Assembly: GCF_006345805.1 (NCBI RefSeq)
Contig: NC_043025.1
Coordinates: 11,718,001-11,782,000 of the forward strand
Direction: 5' to 3'
DNA: 64,000 nucleotides
Origin: Octopus sinensis
Taxonomy: Eukaryota
Part shown: positions 1 through 11,281 of the stretch, piece after piece
Position numbering within the stretch: position 1 is the first letter of the stretch
Layout of the letters: each line of letters opens with the position of its first letter
Made by a program: the position numbers and the translations under genes
Notes under the pieces: model-generated
Told to the model about the DNA's origin: nothing
Seen by the model: the letters and a program-made list of their open reading frames with translations, nothing else
Databases searched by the model: none

Positions 1-430
1 TAACATGCCGGATTCTACTTGAGGAATTATTAATTACTAGTTAATTAATTAATTTTACCCCTTATCATTACTGATCATACATACATTATACATACATATA
101 TATAATATATATATATATATATAATATATATATATAAAGAGAGAGATTGCATACGTAGTATATGTGTGTGCATATATATATAAAATTTATATATATATAC
201 CGATAGTCAAACGTACACAAGAGGCGAAAATGATTATGGAAACAAACTGAACGTACCTGCTAAATTGTGACATGTTGGCAAAGCACTTAACTACAAAACA
301 ATGCTTTAAGGCAATTCACAGCTGGGCGAAGACGAACAGAGTTACCTTCCTTGGCTCTAGTGAAACCGACACGCGAGTGAGCCTCGACTTGCTAGAAATG
401 ACAGCCAAACTATCTTGGAATCACAAATAA

Positions 431-2863
431 CTATTTCTATTTCTTTATTACCCACAAGGGGCTAAACATAGAGGGGGGGACAAACAAGGACAGAAAAACG
501 GATTAAGACGATTATATCAACCCCCAGTGCGTAACTGGTACTTATTTAATCGACCCCCGAAAGGATGAAAGGCAAAGTCGACCTCGGCGGAATTTGAACT
601 CACAACGTAGCGGCAGACGAAATACCTATTTCTTTACTACCCACAAGGGGCTAAACACAGAGGGGACAAACATGGACAGACATAGGTATTAAGTCGATTA
701 TATCGACCCCAGTGCTTAGCTGGTACTTAATTTATCGACCCCGAAAGGATGAAAGGCAAAGTCGACCTCGGCGGAATTTGAACTCACAACGTAGCGGCAG
801 ACCAAATACCTATTTCTTTACTACCCACAAGGGGCTAAACACAGAGGGGACAAACAAGGACAGAAAAACGGATTAAGACGATTATATCGACCCAGTACTT
901 ATTTAATCGACCCCGAAAGGATGAAAGGCAAAGTCGACCTCAGCGGAATTTGAACTCAGAACGTAACGGCAGACCAAATACCTATTTCTTTACTACCCAC
1001 AAGGGGCTAAACACAGAGGGGACAAACAAAGGACAGAAAAACGGATTAAGACGATTATATCGACCCCAGTGCGTAACTGGTACTTATTTAATCGACCCCC
1101 GAAAGATGAAAGGCAAAGTTGACCTCGGCGGAATTTGAACTCAGAAGTAGCGGCAGACGAAATACCTATTTCTTTACTACCCACAAGGGGCTAAACACAG
1201 AGGGGACAAAACAAAGACAGAAAAACGGATTAAGACGATTATATCGACCCCAGTGCTAACTAGTATTATTTAATCGACCCCCGAAAGGATGAAAGGCAAA
1301 GTCGACCTCGGCGGAATTGAACTCAGAACGTAGCGACTGACCAAATACCTATTCTTATACCCACAAGGGGTAAACACAGAGGGGACAAACACAAGGACAG
1401 AAAAACGGATTAAGACGATTATATCGACCCCAGTGCTAACTGGTACTTATTTATCGACCCCCGAAAGGATGAAAGGCAAAGTCGACCTCGGCGGAATTTG
1501 AACTCAGAACGTAGCGACTGACCAAATACCTATTTCTTTACTACCACAAGGGGCTAAACTCAGAGGGGACAAACAAGGACAGAAAAACGGATTAAGACGA
1601 TTATATCGACTCCAGTGCTAACTGGTACTTATTTAATCGACCCCGAAAGGATGAAAGGCAAAGTCGACCTCGGCGGAATTTGAACTCAGAACGTAACGGC
1701 AGACCAAAACCTATTCTTTACTACCCACAAGGGGCTAAACACAGAGGGGACAAACAAGGACAGAAAAACGGATTAAGACGATTATCGACCCCAGTGCTAA
1801 ATGGTACTTATTTAATCGACCCCGAAGGATGAAAGGCAAAGTCGACCTCGGCGGAATTTGAACTCACAACGTAGCGGCAGACGAAATACCTATTCTTTAC
1901 TACCCACAAGGGGGCTAAACACAGAGGGGACAAACAAGGACAGAACAAAAACGGATTAAGACGATTATATCGACCCAGTACGGATTAAGACGATTATATC
2001 GACCAGTACTTATTTAATCGACCCCGAAAGGATGAAAGGCAAAGTCGACCTCAGCGGAATTTGAACTCAGAACGTAACGGCAGACCAAATACCTATTTCT
2101 TTACTACCCACAAGGGGCTAAACACAGAGGGGACCAACAAGGACAGAAAAACGGATTAAGACGATTATATCGACCCAGTACTTATTTAATCGACCCCGAA
2201 AGGATGAAAGGCAAAGTCGACCTCGGCGGAATTTGAACTCACAACGTAACGGCAGACCAAATACCTATTTCTTTACTACCCACAAGGGGCTAAACACAGA
2301 GGGGACAAACAAAGGACAGAAAAACGGATTAAGACGATTATATCGACCCCAGTGCTAACTGGTACTTATTTAATCGACCCCCGAAAGGATGAAAGGCAAA
2401 GTCGACCTCGGCGGAATTTGAACTCAGAACGTAGCGGCAGACGAAATACCTATTTCTTTACTACCCACAAGGGGCTAAACACAGAGGGGACAAACAAAGG
2501 ACAGAAAAACGGATTAAGACGATTATATCGACCCCAGTGCTAACTAGTACTTATTTAATCGACCCCCGAAAGGATGAAAGGCAAAGTCGACCTCGGCGGA
2601 ATTTGAACTCAGAACGTAGCGACTGACCAAATACCTATTTCTTTACTACCCACAAGGGGCTAAACTCAGAGGGGACAAACAAGGACAGAAAAACGGATTA
2701 AGACGATTATATCGACTCCAGTGCTAACTGGTACTTATTTAATCGACCCCGAAAGGATGAAAGGCAAAGTCGACCTCGGCGGAATTTGAACTCAGAACGT
2801 AACGGCAGACCAAATACGGCTAAGCATTTCGCCTGGCGTGCTAACGATTCTGCCAGCTCGCCA
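431..2863 (-). repeat. Tandem array (~13 x ~185 bp) derived from tRNA-related SINE family A
   Basis: Repeating unit ...cccacaaggggctaaacacagaggggacaaac...gaaaggatgaaaggcaaagtcgacctcggcggaatttgaactc... The SINE head (A-box side) is present only once, at 2816-2863. Confidence 0.93.
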
Positions 2864-2902
2864 ACACAACCGTAGAATCATTGGACAACAAGCACAGGTC
2901 TT

Positions 2903-3566
2903 GGATCTTTTCGGTTTGAACGGCAGCTTTTTTCTAGCGGTGTCATATGAAATTGTCACACATAATTATGACCCTAGTATCGATCTATTGCATTACAATC
3001 TGTTTTAGGGTTAGGGGTGGGGGAAGGGTATCTTTTTTTCTTCACAAATGTAAATAAACCCAATCTGTTTCTTAAACGAGGGACATATTCATACGGCACA
3101 GAATGTTTTTTTTTTTTTACCTCAATAGACCTCATTGATTGGTTGAAATTGCAGAAATTGAAGAAAAAGAACAACAATTATCTTACAAACTATAGAATTT
3201 TCTCAATAAAGCCAAGAGAAAAAGATGTTTTATGTAACACATTCTACCAGTATACGAAGTTTAAAAGTGTTTAGTTACGTGGAAACTATTTTTTAAAACT
3301 GCCGGTCAAACCGAAAAGATCCAAACGAGGGACATATTCATACGGCACAGAATGTTTTTATTTTACCTCAATAGACGTCATTGATTGGTTGAAATTGCAG
3401 AAATTGAAGAAAAACAACAACAAATACCTTACAAACTATAGAATTTTCTCAATAAAGCCAAGAGAAAAGATGTTTTATAAACACATTCTACCAGTATAAG
3501 AAGTTTAAAAGTGTTTAGTTGCAAAGAAATTATTTTTAAAAACTGCCATTCAAACCGAAAAGATCC
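2903..3566. mobile_element. Non-autonomous TIR DNA element with internal partial duplication
   Basis: Ends ggatcttttcggtttgaacggcag ... ctgccattcaaaccgaaaagatcc are inverted. A second copy lies at ~49816-50235, with fragments near 24220-24300 and 29100-29680. Confidence 0.8.
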
Positions 3567-3707
3567 TAGTTTGTAAGTATAATAAATGAGGAATCAAGAA
3601 GTTATTGTAATAAAATTTCTCCCGGTGATGTCACTTTGGTTTTGTATAAGCCGGTAAGGTGACCCGACGTTGCTAATCTCACCCTATGGACTTCTCGTAT
3701 GGGATTA

Positions 3708-3900
3708 CTCTTTTACTTGTTTCAGTCATTTGACTGTGGCCATGCTGGAGCACCGCCTTTAGTCAAACAAATCGACCCCAGGACTTATTCTTTGTAAGCC
3801 TAATACTTATTCTATCGGTCTCTTTTGCCGAACCGGTAAGTTTCGGGGGACGTAAACACACCACCATCGGTTGTCAAGCGATGTTGGGGGAGACAAACAT

Positions 3901-3932
<32 letters not shown>

Positions 3933-3990
3933 GATGGCCTTCTTTCAGTTTCCGTCTACCAAATCCACTCACAAGGCTTTAGTCGACCAG
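3708..3990 (-). mobile_element. SINE family B copy, truncated
   Basis: Shares the cagtcatttgactgcggccatgctggagcacc... and ttctttcagtttccgtctaccaaatccactcacaagg blocks found many times in the window. Confidence 0.85.
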
Positions 3991-4349
3991 AGGCTGTAGT
4001 GAAAAAGTCCTTAACGTTTCGAGCCTACGCTCTTCCACAGAAAGGAACACAGAAAGAAACAAGGAGAGAAAACAAGAATGTGTAGTGGCTAGCAATCTAT
4101 CATGGTGAATGCCAGACAGAAGGGTCACACAGAGGAGCTAGGGAGAAGGGGATACACACAAACACACACATATATTCTTGATCGCTCTCTCTCTCTCTCT
4201 GATTGGGTAACCATGTATCTCCTTACAGCAAGACACCTGTTTCGGTCTCTCTGTCACGCTCTAACCGTTCATCTGGTACAAGGTCATCTCTTTCAATGAT
4301 TCCTCCCTTCTCAGAGGATCTCTGTATTGCAAGACAAAATTACTTGGTG

Positions 4350-4590
4350 ACCCTGCCTGTGCTGGTGCCACGTAAAAAAGCATTCAGTCCACACTGTAAA
4401 GTGGTTGGCATTTGGAAGGGCATCCAGCTGTAAAATCCACGCCAAAAACTGACCTCGCCTGTGCTGGTGCCACACAAAGAGCACCCAGTCCACTTCGCTG
4501 GGTGGCTGGTGTTAGGAAGTGCATCCAACCATAAAAACCATGACAAAAACAGACACTGAAGCCTGGACAAGTCTTCTGCTTCGCCAGTTC
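4350..4590 (+). mobile_element. SINE family C copy, degenerate
   Basis: ggtgccacgtaaaaaagca...gttggcatttggaagggcatccagctgt block shared with other family-C copies. Confidence 0.7.
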
Positions 4591-5039
4591 CTATTTCTTT
4601 ACTAACCACAAGGGACTAAACACAGAGGGGACAAACAAGGACAGACAAACGGATTAAGTCGATTATATCGACCCCAGTAACTGGTACTTATTTAATCGAC
4701 CCCGGAAGGAGGACAAACAAGGACAGACAAATGGATTAAGTCGATTACATCGACACCAGTGCGCAACTGGTACTTAATTTATCGACCCCGAAAGGATGAA
4801 AGGCAAAGTCGACCTCGGCGGAATTTGAACTCAGAACGTAACGGCCTTCATAACTACCACCACCACCACCATCGTCATCACTATCACCATCATCATAATT
4901 GTAATGGCTAACCCCCATCCCCATTTACTCATCTCACCACCACTGCCATCATCATCACCATCACTATCTAGTATATATTCTAGCGATATCTCCACCACCA
5001 CCACCACCACATTGTGACTATGCATTCTCCGCCGCCGCC

Positions 5040-5480
5040 ACCACATCGTCACTGAGCATTCTCCGTCACCACCACCACATCGTCACCAAGCCTTCTCCGC
5101 CGCTACCATCACATCGTCACCAAGCCTTCTCCGTCGCCACCACATCTCCACTAGCTTTCTCCGCCGCCGCCACCATATCATCACAAAGCATTCCCCGCCG
5201 CCACCATCACATCGTCACCAAGCCTTCTCCGCTGCCACCATCACATCGTCACTAAGCATTCCCCGTCACCACCATCACATCATCACTAAGCATTCCCCGT
5301 CACCACCACCACATCATCACTAAGCATTCCCCGTCACCACCATCACATCGTCACAAAGCATTCCCCGTCACCACCACCACATCGTCACTAAGCATTCCCC
5401 GTCACCACCACCACATCGTCACAAAGCATTCCCCGTCACCACCATCACATCGCCACTAAGCCTTCTCCGCCGCCACCATC
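5040..5480. repeat. ~34-bp minisatellite (ccaccaccacatcgtcactaagcattccccgtca)
   Basis: About 12 visible diverged tandem copies, grading into CCA/CAT microsatellite. Confidence 0.85.
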
Positions 5481-6194
5481 GCGATCACTATCATTAACTA
5501 CGCTTATCCACCGCCACCGCCGCCGCTGCCTCCACACTCAGTCATAGAACAAAAAACTATATATATATATAAGCCTTGCTATCATCGCCACCGCCGCTTC
5601 CATCTCTTTCATTACCATCATTTACAAAAAAAAAATCAGTCATTTCCACCGCCGCCACCACCACAACCATCACCATCACCATCATCATTATTATCATCGC
5701 TATAAAGAAAAAACATAGCAGCGAAATTTTTTTTTTTTTAGATATGCTACTTGAAACAAACAATTTCTGTGGAAAAAAAAAAAAAAATGCAACTAAATAC
5801 ATATATATATAAAATCACAAAAAAAATCATCGTCGATTATCGGACACACGAACACAAGCATGAAGACCAGACGACACAAGCTATGGCGGCCGACCTTCCT
5901 CTCTCTCTTACGTTCTCAATAAAACATACATTTTGTTGTTTGTTTTCATTTTGAACAATTTGTTTGTTATTTTTTTAGCGAGGAGGGGGAAATAAAATAC
6001 ATTATTATTATTATTATTACTAATGTTTTTTTTATAGTATGTGAACGTATGCGCGTGCGTATCTATTTGTGTGTGTGTGCCTGTATATGTCTATGTAAGT
6101 GTGTGTCTGTGTGTGTGTATATATATGTGTGTGCGTATGTATGTGTGTGTGTGTATACCTTTAAACTGCTATTCCTTGTTCGGCTTTTCTTCTT

Positions 6195-6285
6195 CAATTC
6201 CAATAACGAGAATGATCGATTGGCTGTTCGCCTGGCCGACTGCAAGATTTCAACCAATGAGAATCGTGCCGGAAGTGCTCCTCTC
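6195..6285. promoter_or_regulatory. Candidate housekeeping (possibly bidirectional) promoter with CCAAT boxes and an ETS/GABP site
   Basis: CCAAT at 6200 and 6254, ATTGG at 6219, CCGGAAGTG at 6269-6277, all in unique sequence upstream of the SMIM4 unit. Confidence 0.45.
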
Positions 6286-6539
6286 CATCTCATTTTCTCT
6301 TTCTTTCTTTCTTTCTTTTTTTTTTACACCGCCGCCTCCACCTTCAACTTCACCCTCGCCATCGCCGCCACCACCAGCATCATCATCATCATCACTATCA
6401 ACACCACCACCATCATTACCATCACAATTACCTATTTTTTTACTACCCACAAGGGGCCAAACACAGAGGGGACAATCAAGGACAGACAAAGGGACTAAGT
6501 CGATTACATCGACCCCAGTGCATAACTGGTACTTAGGGA

Positions 6540-7560
6540 TTTTGCTTTTCCCCTCTCTTACCTCTCTTCCCCTTCCTCCTATAGCTGAATATTCCTCTCT
6601 CTCTCTCTCCGTCTTTCCCTCTCTTTCTTTAGTTTGCTTTTCCCTTCTCTTACACTCTTCCTCTTCCTCCTATAGCTGAAACTTCCTCTCTCTCTCTCTC
6701 TCTCTCCATCTTTCCCTCTCTTTCTTCAGTTTGCTTTTCCCCTCTCTTACCTCTTCCCCTTCCTCCTATAGCTGAAACTTCCTCTCTGTTTCTTCAGTTT
6801 GCTTTTCCCCTATCTTACACTCTTCCTCTCCCTCCTATAGCTGAATATTCCTCTCTCTCTCTCTCCGTCTTTTCCTCTCTTTCTTCAGTTTGCTTTTTTC
6901 CCTCTTTTACACTCTTCCTCTTCCTCCTATAGCTGAAACTCCCTCTCTGTCTATCTCTATCTCAGTCTTTCCCTCTCTTTCTTCAGTTTGCTTTTCCCAT
7001 CTCTTACCCTCTTTCTCTTCCTCCTATAGCTGGAACTCCCTCTCTTTCTATCTCTATCTCAGTTTTTTTTCCTCTCTTTCTTCAGTTTGCTTTTCTCCTC
7101 TCTTACACTCTTCCCCTTCCTCCTATAGCTGAAACTTCCTCTCTCTCTATCTCTCTCTCCGTCTTTCCCTCTCTTTCTTCAGTTTGCTTTTCCCCTCTCT
7201 TACACTCTTCCACTCTCCTTCCTATAGCTGAAACTTCCTCTCTCTCTATCTCTCTCTCCGTCTTTCCCTCTCTTTCTTCAGTTTGCTTTTCCCCTCTCTT
7301 ACACTCTTCCACCTCTCCTTCCTATAGCTGAAACTTCCTCTCTCTCTATCTCTCTCTCCGTCTTTCCCTCTCTTTCTTCAGTTTGTTTTTCCCCTATCTT
7401 AACTCTTCCCCTTCCTCCTATAGCTGAAACTTCCTCTCTCTCTATCTCTCTCTCCGTCTTTCCCTCTCTTTCTTCAGTTTGCTTTTCCCCTCTCTTACAC
7501 CCTCTTCCCCTTCCTCCAACAGCTGAAACATCCCCCCTCTCTCTCATTCATATACTTTCC
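6540..7560. repeat. Polypyrimidine minisatellite, ~95 bp x ~11
   Basis: Recurring anchor ctatagctgaaacttcc...cagtttgcttttccc every ~70-100 bp. Confidence 0.9.
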
Positions 7561-7681
7561 CCTCTATATCTCCCGTACATTCTTTACTACCCTCTCTTTC
7601 CTCTCTCCTCCGCCTACACCTTCTCTCTTCCTCCCATCACTAGAGAAGTCCCACCGTCCGTCGCTCCGCGTTTTCTCCCAG

Positions 7682-7727
7682 GTCATGTCTTCTCTCTTCT
7701 CTCCGCTGATCATCGCCAGTTTCAAAG
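7682..7727 (+). other. Candidate 5' UTR exon of the SMIM4-BRAWNIN transcript
   Basis: Bounded by ttttctcccag| and AAG|gttagt in a CpG-richer, non-repeat island. The SMIM4 ATG lies 1 nt after an acceptor, so an upstream exon is needed. Confidence 0.4.
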
Positions 7728-7824
7728 GTTAGTCACAGGTCATCATCAAATCTAATTAACACCACGTGCGAATCCTCTGTAATTAATTAAATTAGTACTT
7801 TATTTCCCTTTTCGCCAGTCTCAA

Positions 7825-8030
7825 GGGCGGTACTACTCGAGAACAGCGGTCCCGGTGCGCGCACTCGCGTACTCGTGCGTCCGCGCTAGCTAGTCGTGAC
7901 TAGTCGATCCATACTTTGTGTTTTTGTGTTATGTACTTTATTTTGTGTTTTATTTACGTTGTAGGATCGACTAGTCACGACTAGCTAGCACGAGTGCGCG
8001 CACCGGGACCACTGTTTTCAAGTAGTACCC
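7825..8030. mobile_element. Palindromic MITE-like element, copy 1
   Basis: Long inverted arms (ggtactact...ggtcccggtgcgcgc...ctagtcgtgactagtcgatcc versus its reverse complement) around an AT-rich core. Second copy at 30921-31155. Confidence 0.85.
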
Positions 8031-8054
8031 TGAAGGTCAACCTCAATAGGGTGG

Positions 8055-8720
8055 TACAGGTGTTATTAAGCGGCACAACGTGGTCATCCGACTTGCTAGA
8101 AATAGCAGCCAGGTCACCCTCAGATCACTCCCTACTATCTTATAGAAAACACGCATTTGATTATATATTTCTGGGCCCCTATTTCCGGACACACTGTGTC
8201 TGAAAATAAGGATCGGTTTTGCTGGTCAGCTAGATCAGGTGTGGCCCAGGGCTAAATAATCAGATGTGCTTTACAGGTGTTATTAAGCGGGACAACATGG
8301 TCGTTCGACTTGCTAGAAATAGCAGCCAGGTCACCCTCAAATCACTCCCTACTATCTTATAGAAAACACGCATTTGATGATATATTCCTGGGCCCCTATT
8401 TCCGGACATACTGTGTCTGAAAATATAGATCGGTTTTGCTGGTCAGCTAGATCAGGTGTGGCCCAGGGCTAAATAATCAGATGAGCTTTACAGGTGTTAT
8501 TAAGCGGGACAACATGGTCGTTCGACTTGCTAGAAATAGCAGCCAGGTCACCCACAGATCACACCCTACTATCTTATAGGAAACACTCATTTGATGATAT
8601 ATACCTGGGCCCCTATTTCTGGATATACTGTGTCTGAAAATACAGAACGGTTTGCTGGTCAAGCTGAAAGATCTTTGATCACTGGTCAGCTAGATCAGGA
8701 GTGGCCCAGGTGTGAATAAT
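8055..8720. repeat. ~216-bp tandem repeat x3 containing the dispersed gacttgctagaaatagcagcca motif
   Basis: caggtgttattaagcgg recurs at ~8058, ~8275 and ~8491. Confidence 0.88.
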
Positions 8721-8867
8721 CAGATGTGCTTTGTATACAAATCACCGTGTTCATGTAACACACGTATATTATTATCCACGTTTTTAAACGAATATAAATG
8801 TGTTTGTATCCATTCTATACTTTGTTCAAAAGCAAATGTTCCAGAAAATCTTCGTGCGCCTCTACAT

Positions 8868-9250
8868 TACTCTTTTACTTGTTTCAGTCATTTGACTGCG
8901 GCCATGCTGGAGCACCGCCTTTTTTTAAATCGAGCAACTCGACCCCGGGACTTGTTCTTTGTAAGCCCTGTACTTATTCTATCGGCGACGTAAACACACC
9001 AGCATCGGTTGTCAAGCAATGCTAGGGGGACAAACACAGACACACAAACATACACGCATACACACATGTATATATGTACATATATACGACGTGCTTCTTT
9101 CAGTTTCCGTCTACCAAATCCACACACAAGGCTTTGGTCGACCTGAGGCTATAGTAGAAGACACTTGCCCAAGGTGCCACGCAGTGGGACTGAACCCGGA
9201 ACCATGTGGTTGGTAAGCAAGATATTTACCACACAGCCACTCCTGCGCCT
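8868..9250 (-). mobile_element. SINE family B, near full length (tRNA-like head, core, microsatellite, tail)
   Basis: The minus strand begins aggagtggctgtgtggtaa...ttccgggttcagtcccactgcgtggcaccttgggcaagtgtcttc, with pol III A/B-box-like motifs. Confidence 0.88.
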
Positions 9251-9256
9251 ATTAAG

Positions 9257-9598
9257 TACCTATTTCTTTACTACCCACAAGGGGCTAAACACAGAGGGGA
9301 CAAACAAGTACAGACAAACGGATTTAGTCGATTATATCGACCCCAGTGCGTAACTGGTACTTAATTTATCGATTCCGAAAGGATGAAAGGCAAAGTCGAC
9401 CTCGGCAGAATTTGAACTCAGAACGTAAAAACAGACGAAATACCTATTTCTTTACTACCCACAAGGGGCTAAACACAGAGGGGACAAACAAGGACAGACA
9501 AAGGGATTAAGTCGATTATATCGACCCCAGTGCGACCCCTTATTTAATCGACCCCAAAAGGATGAAAGGCAAAGTCGACCTCGGTGGAATTTCGACTT
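9257..9598 (-). repeat. SINE family A tandem (2 units)
   Basis: Same unit as 431-2863. Confidence 0.88.
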
Positions 9599-9689
9599 TG
9601 CCTTTCATCCTTTCGGATGAACAAGTCCGGATCGATTTGGTAACGAAAGGGTTAACTGACCCTCTTTTTCATTTTTTGCTTCTTTCAGA

Positions 9690-9843
9690 ATGTTCCGGCG
9701 CAGTGAAATCTTGAAACGCATCGTAAGGGCCTGGCCTGGGAAGAAAACTTTCGGACTGTACAGATTTATGCCAATTTTCTTTGTCCTTGGAGCTGCTCTA
9801 GAATTTTCCATGATCAACTGGCACGTTGGAGAGGTGAACTTCT
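9690..9843 (+). CDS. SMIM4: SMIM4/UQCC5 (sloth1-like) complex III assembly microprotein, coding exon 1
   Basis: Pyrimidine tract and tttcag|a precede the ATG at 9690. Encodes MFRRSEILKRIVRAWPGKKTFGLYRFMPIFFVLGAALEFSMINWHVGEVNF, matching the recalled SMIM4 signature (PGKxxFGxYRFxPxFFVLGxxxExxMI...VG...FY). Phase-1 donor T|gtaagt at 9844. Confidence 0.93.
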
Positions 9844-10167
9844 GTAAGTGTTGCTTATATACAGTAATTCCTCGATTATTGGGGGTCTTACGTTCCAAAT
9901 ATCCCACGATCAGTGAAAATCAAAGAAGTAGGAACAGTACTGGACTCTTTTACTTGTTTCAGTCATTTGACTGTGGCTTTGCTGGAGCACCGCCTTTAGT
10001 CGAGCAAATCGACCCCAGGACTTATTCTTTGTAAGCCTAGTACTTATTCTGTTGGTCTCTTTTGCCGAACTGCTAAGTGATGGGGGCGTAAACGCACCAA
10101 CATCGGTTGTCAAGCGATGTTGTGGGGCACAAACACAGACACACAAACTTACATGCAAACATACATA

Positions 10168-10562
10168 TCTTTATATATAAAAGTGAAGTTGTGTGTCTGT
10201 CTCCTACGATTTAGATTCCTAACTACTCCCACATTTTGCGGTGCAGTTTAACCAAAACCAGGTATCTTATAGTCGTGATTCATATCGAGCCCTTCGTGGT
10301 ATTAGCGCGCGTCTACGATGAGTCTACAATTTTAAAAAAAATTCAACATCATTTTTTTCCATTTTAATGCATTTTTTCGCTATTATATAAGGGAAGTAAC
10401 TCTCTAAAAATGTCTACGATGAGTCAACGATTTAAAAAAAAATTTACCATCTTTTTTTTCCATTTTTAATGCATTTTTTTGCTAATTTTTGGCTATAACT
10501 CTAAAAATGCTTATATAGTTATTTCCCTTACAAACCCGAGCAACGCCGGGCGATACTGCTAG
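10168..10562 (+). mobile_element. Non-autonomous Helitron-like element in the SMIM4 intron
   Basis: A|TC at the 5' end, CTAG|T at the 3' end, and a subterminal hairpin cccgagcaacgccggg. Related 3' ends occur at ~17205, ~17452 and ~23922. Confidence 0.75.
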
Positions 10563-10589
10563 TATATATATATATATATGTATGTGTGC

Positions 10590-10870
10590 ATGCTGTTCAA
10601 AAATGTATATATATGTGTGTGTGTATGTGACCGCGTGTGTAACGTTGGTGATTTTTTTCCCCTCTGTCTTCCCTTCTCTGGATCTTTCCTTCTCCTTGTT
10701 TCCGACGAAGAGCTCCACTCGAAACGTTAAACCCTCCTCCTTTCCTGAGCGTCCAATAATACTATATTCCTTCCATGTCCTCGCATTGTTGTGTTTTTTG
10801 TGCTTTCTTGTTTGGATTAACTATATATACATATATATATATATATACATACATATATATATATATATAT

Positions 10871-10924
<54 letters not shown>

Positions 10925-11165
10925 GTATATTTATATATATATATATATATTCAAAATGTGACCGCGTGTGTAGCATTGGTGATATTTTTTCCTCTGTCTT
11001 CCTTCTCTGGATCTTTCCTTCTCCTATGTTTCCGACGAAGAGCTCCGCTTGAAACGTTAAACCCTCCTTCTTTCCTTCTTTCCTGAGCGTCCAATAATAC
11101 TATATTTGTTCCACGTCCTCGCGTTGTCGTGTGTTTTTTGTGCTTTCTTGTTTGGATTAACTATA
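10590..11165 (+). mobile_element. Two tandem copies of a Penelope-like pseudo-LTR repeat, each with a minimal hammerhead-like motif
   Basis: Direct repeats of ~240 bp separated by (TA)n, each containing gtttccgacgaagagctcc(a/g)ct(c/t)gaaacgttaaac. Further copies at ~26060-26280 and ~32275-32480. Confidence 0.65.
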
Positions 11166-11216
11166 TATATATAAATATATTTTTTTTCTATATTTTCACC
11201 TGTTTCTCAATTGCAG

Positions 11217-11281
11217 ACAGAGTGTACAAAAGAAGACAAATTTCTGAAAAGGTACAACAACTGGCATACGAAGAGACCTGA
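11217..11281 (+). CDS. SMIM4: SMIM4/UQCC5 coding exon 2 (YRVYKRRQISEKVQQLAYEET*)
   Basis: Acceptor ttgcag|AC completes T|AC = Tyr, in phase with exon 1. Gives the FYxVYxR+ motif and TGA at 11279-11281. Total 219 nt = 72 aa plus stop. Confidence 0.9.

Noticed and set aside
431-2863. CRISPR-like or regularly spaced repeat array
   Set aside because: The whole ~185-bp unit repeats with no unique spacers. It is SINE-derived and the context is eukaryotic.
6041-6679. 212-aa ORF over the promoter candidate
   Set aside because: A mosaic of (TG)n, (CCA/CAT)n, SINE and CT repeats, with no domain.
9690-10034. 114-aa ORF in the track
   Set aside because: Only the first 51 codons are real. The remainder reads through the gtaagt donor into intron and SINE sequence.
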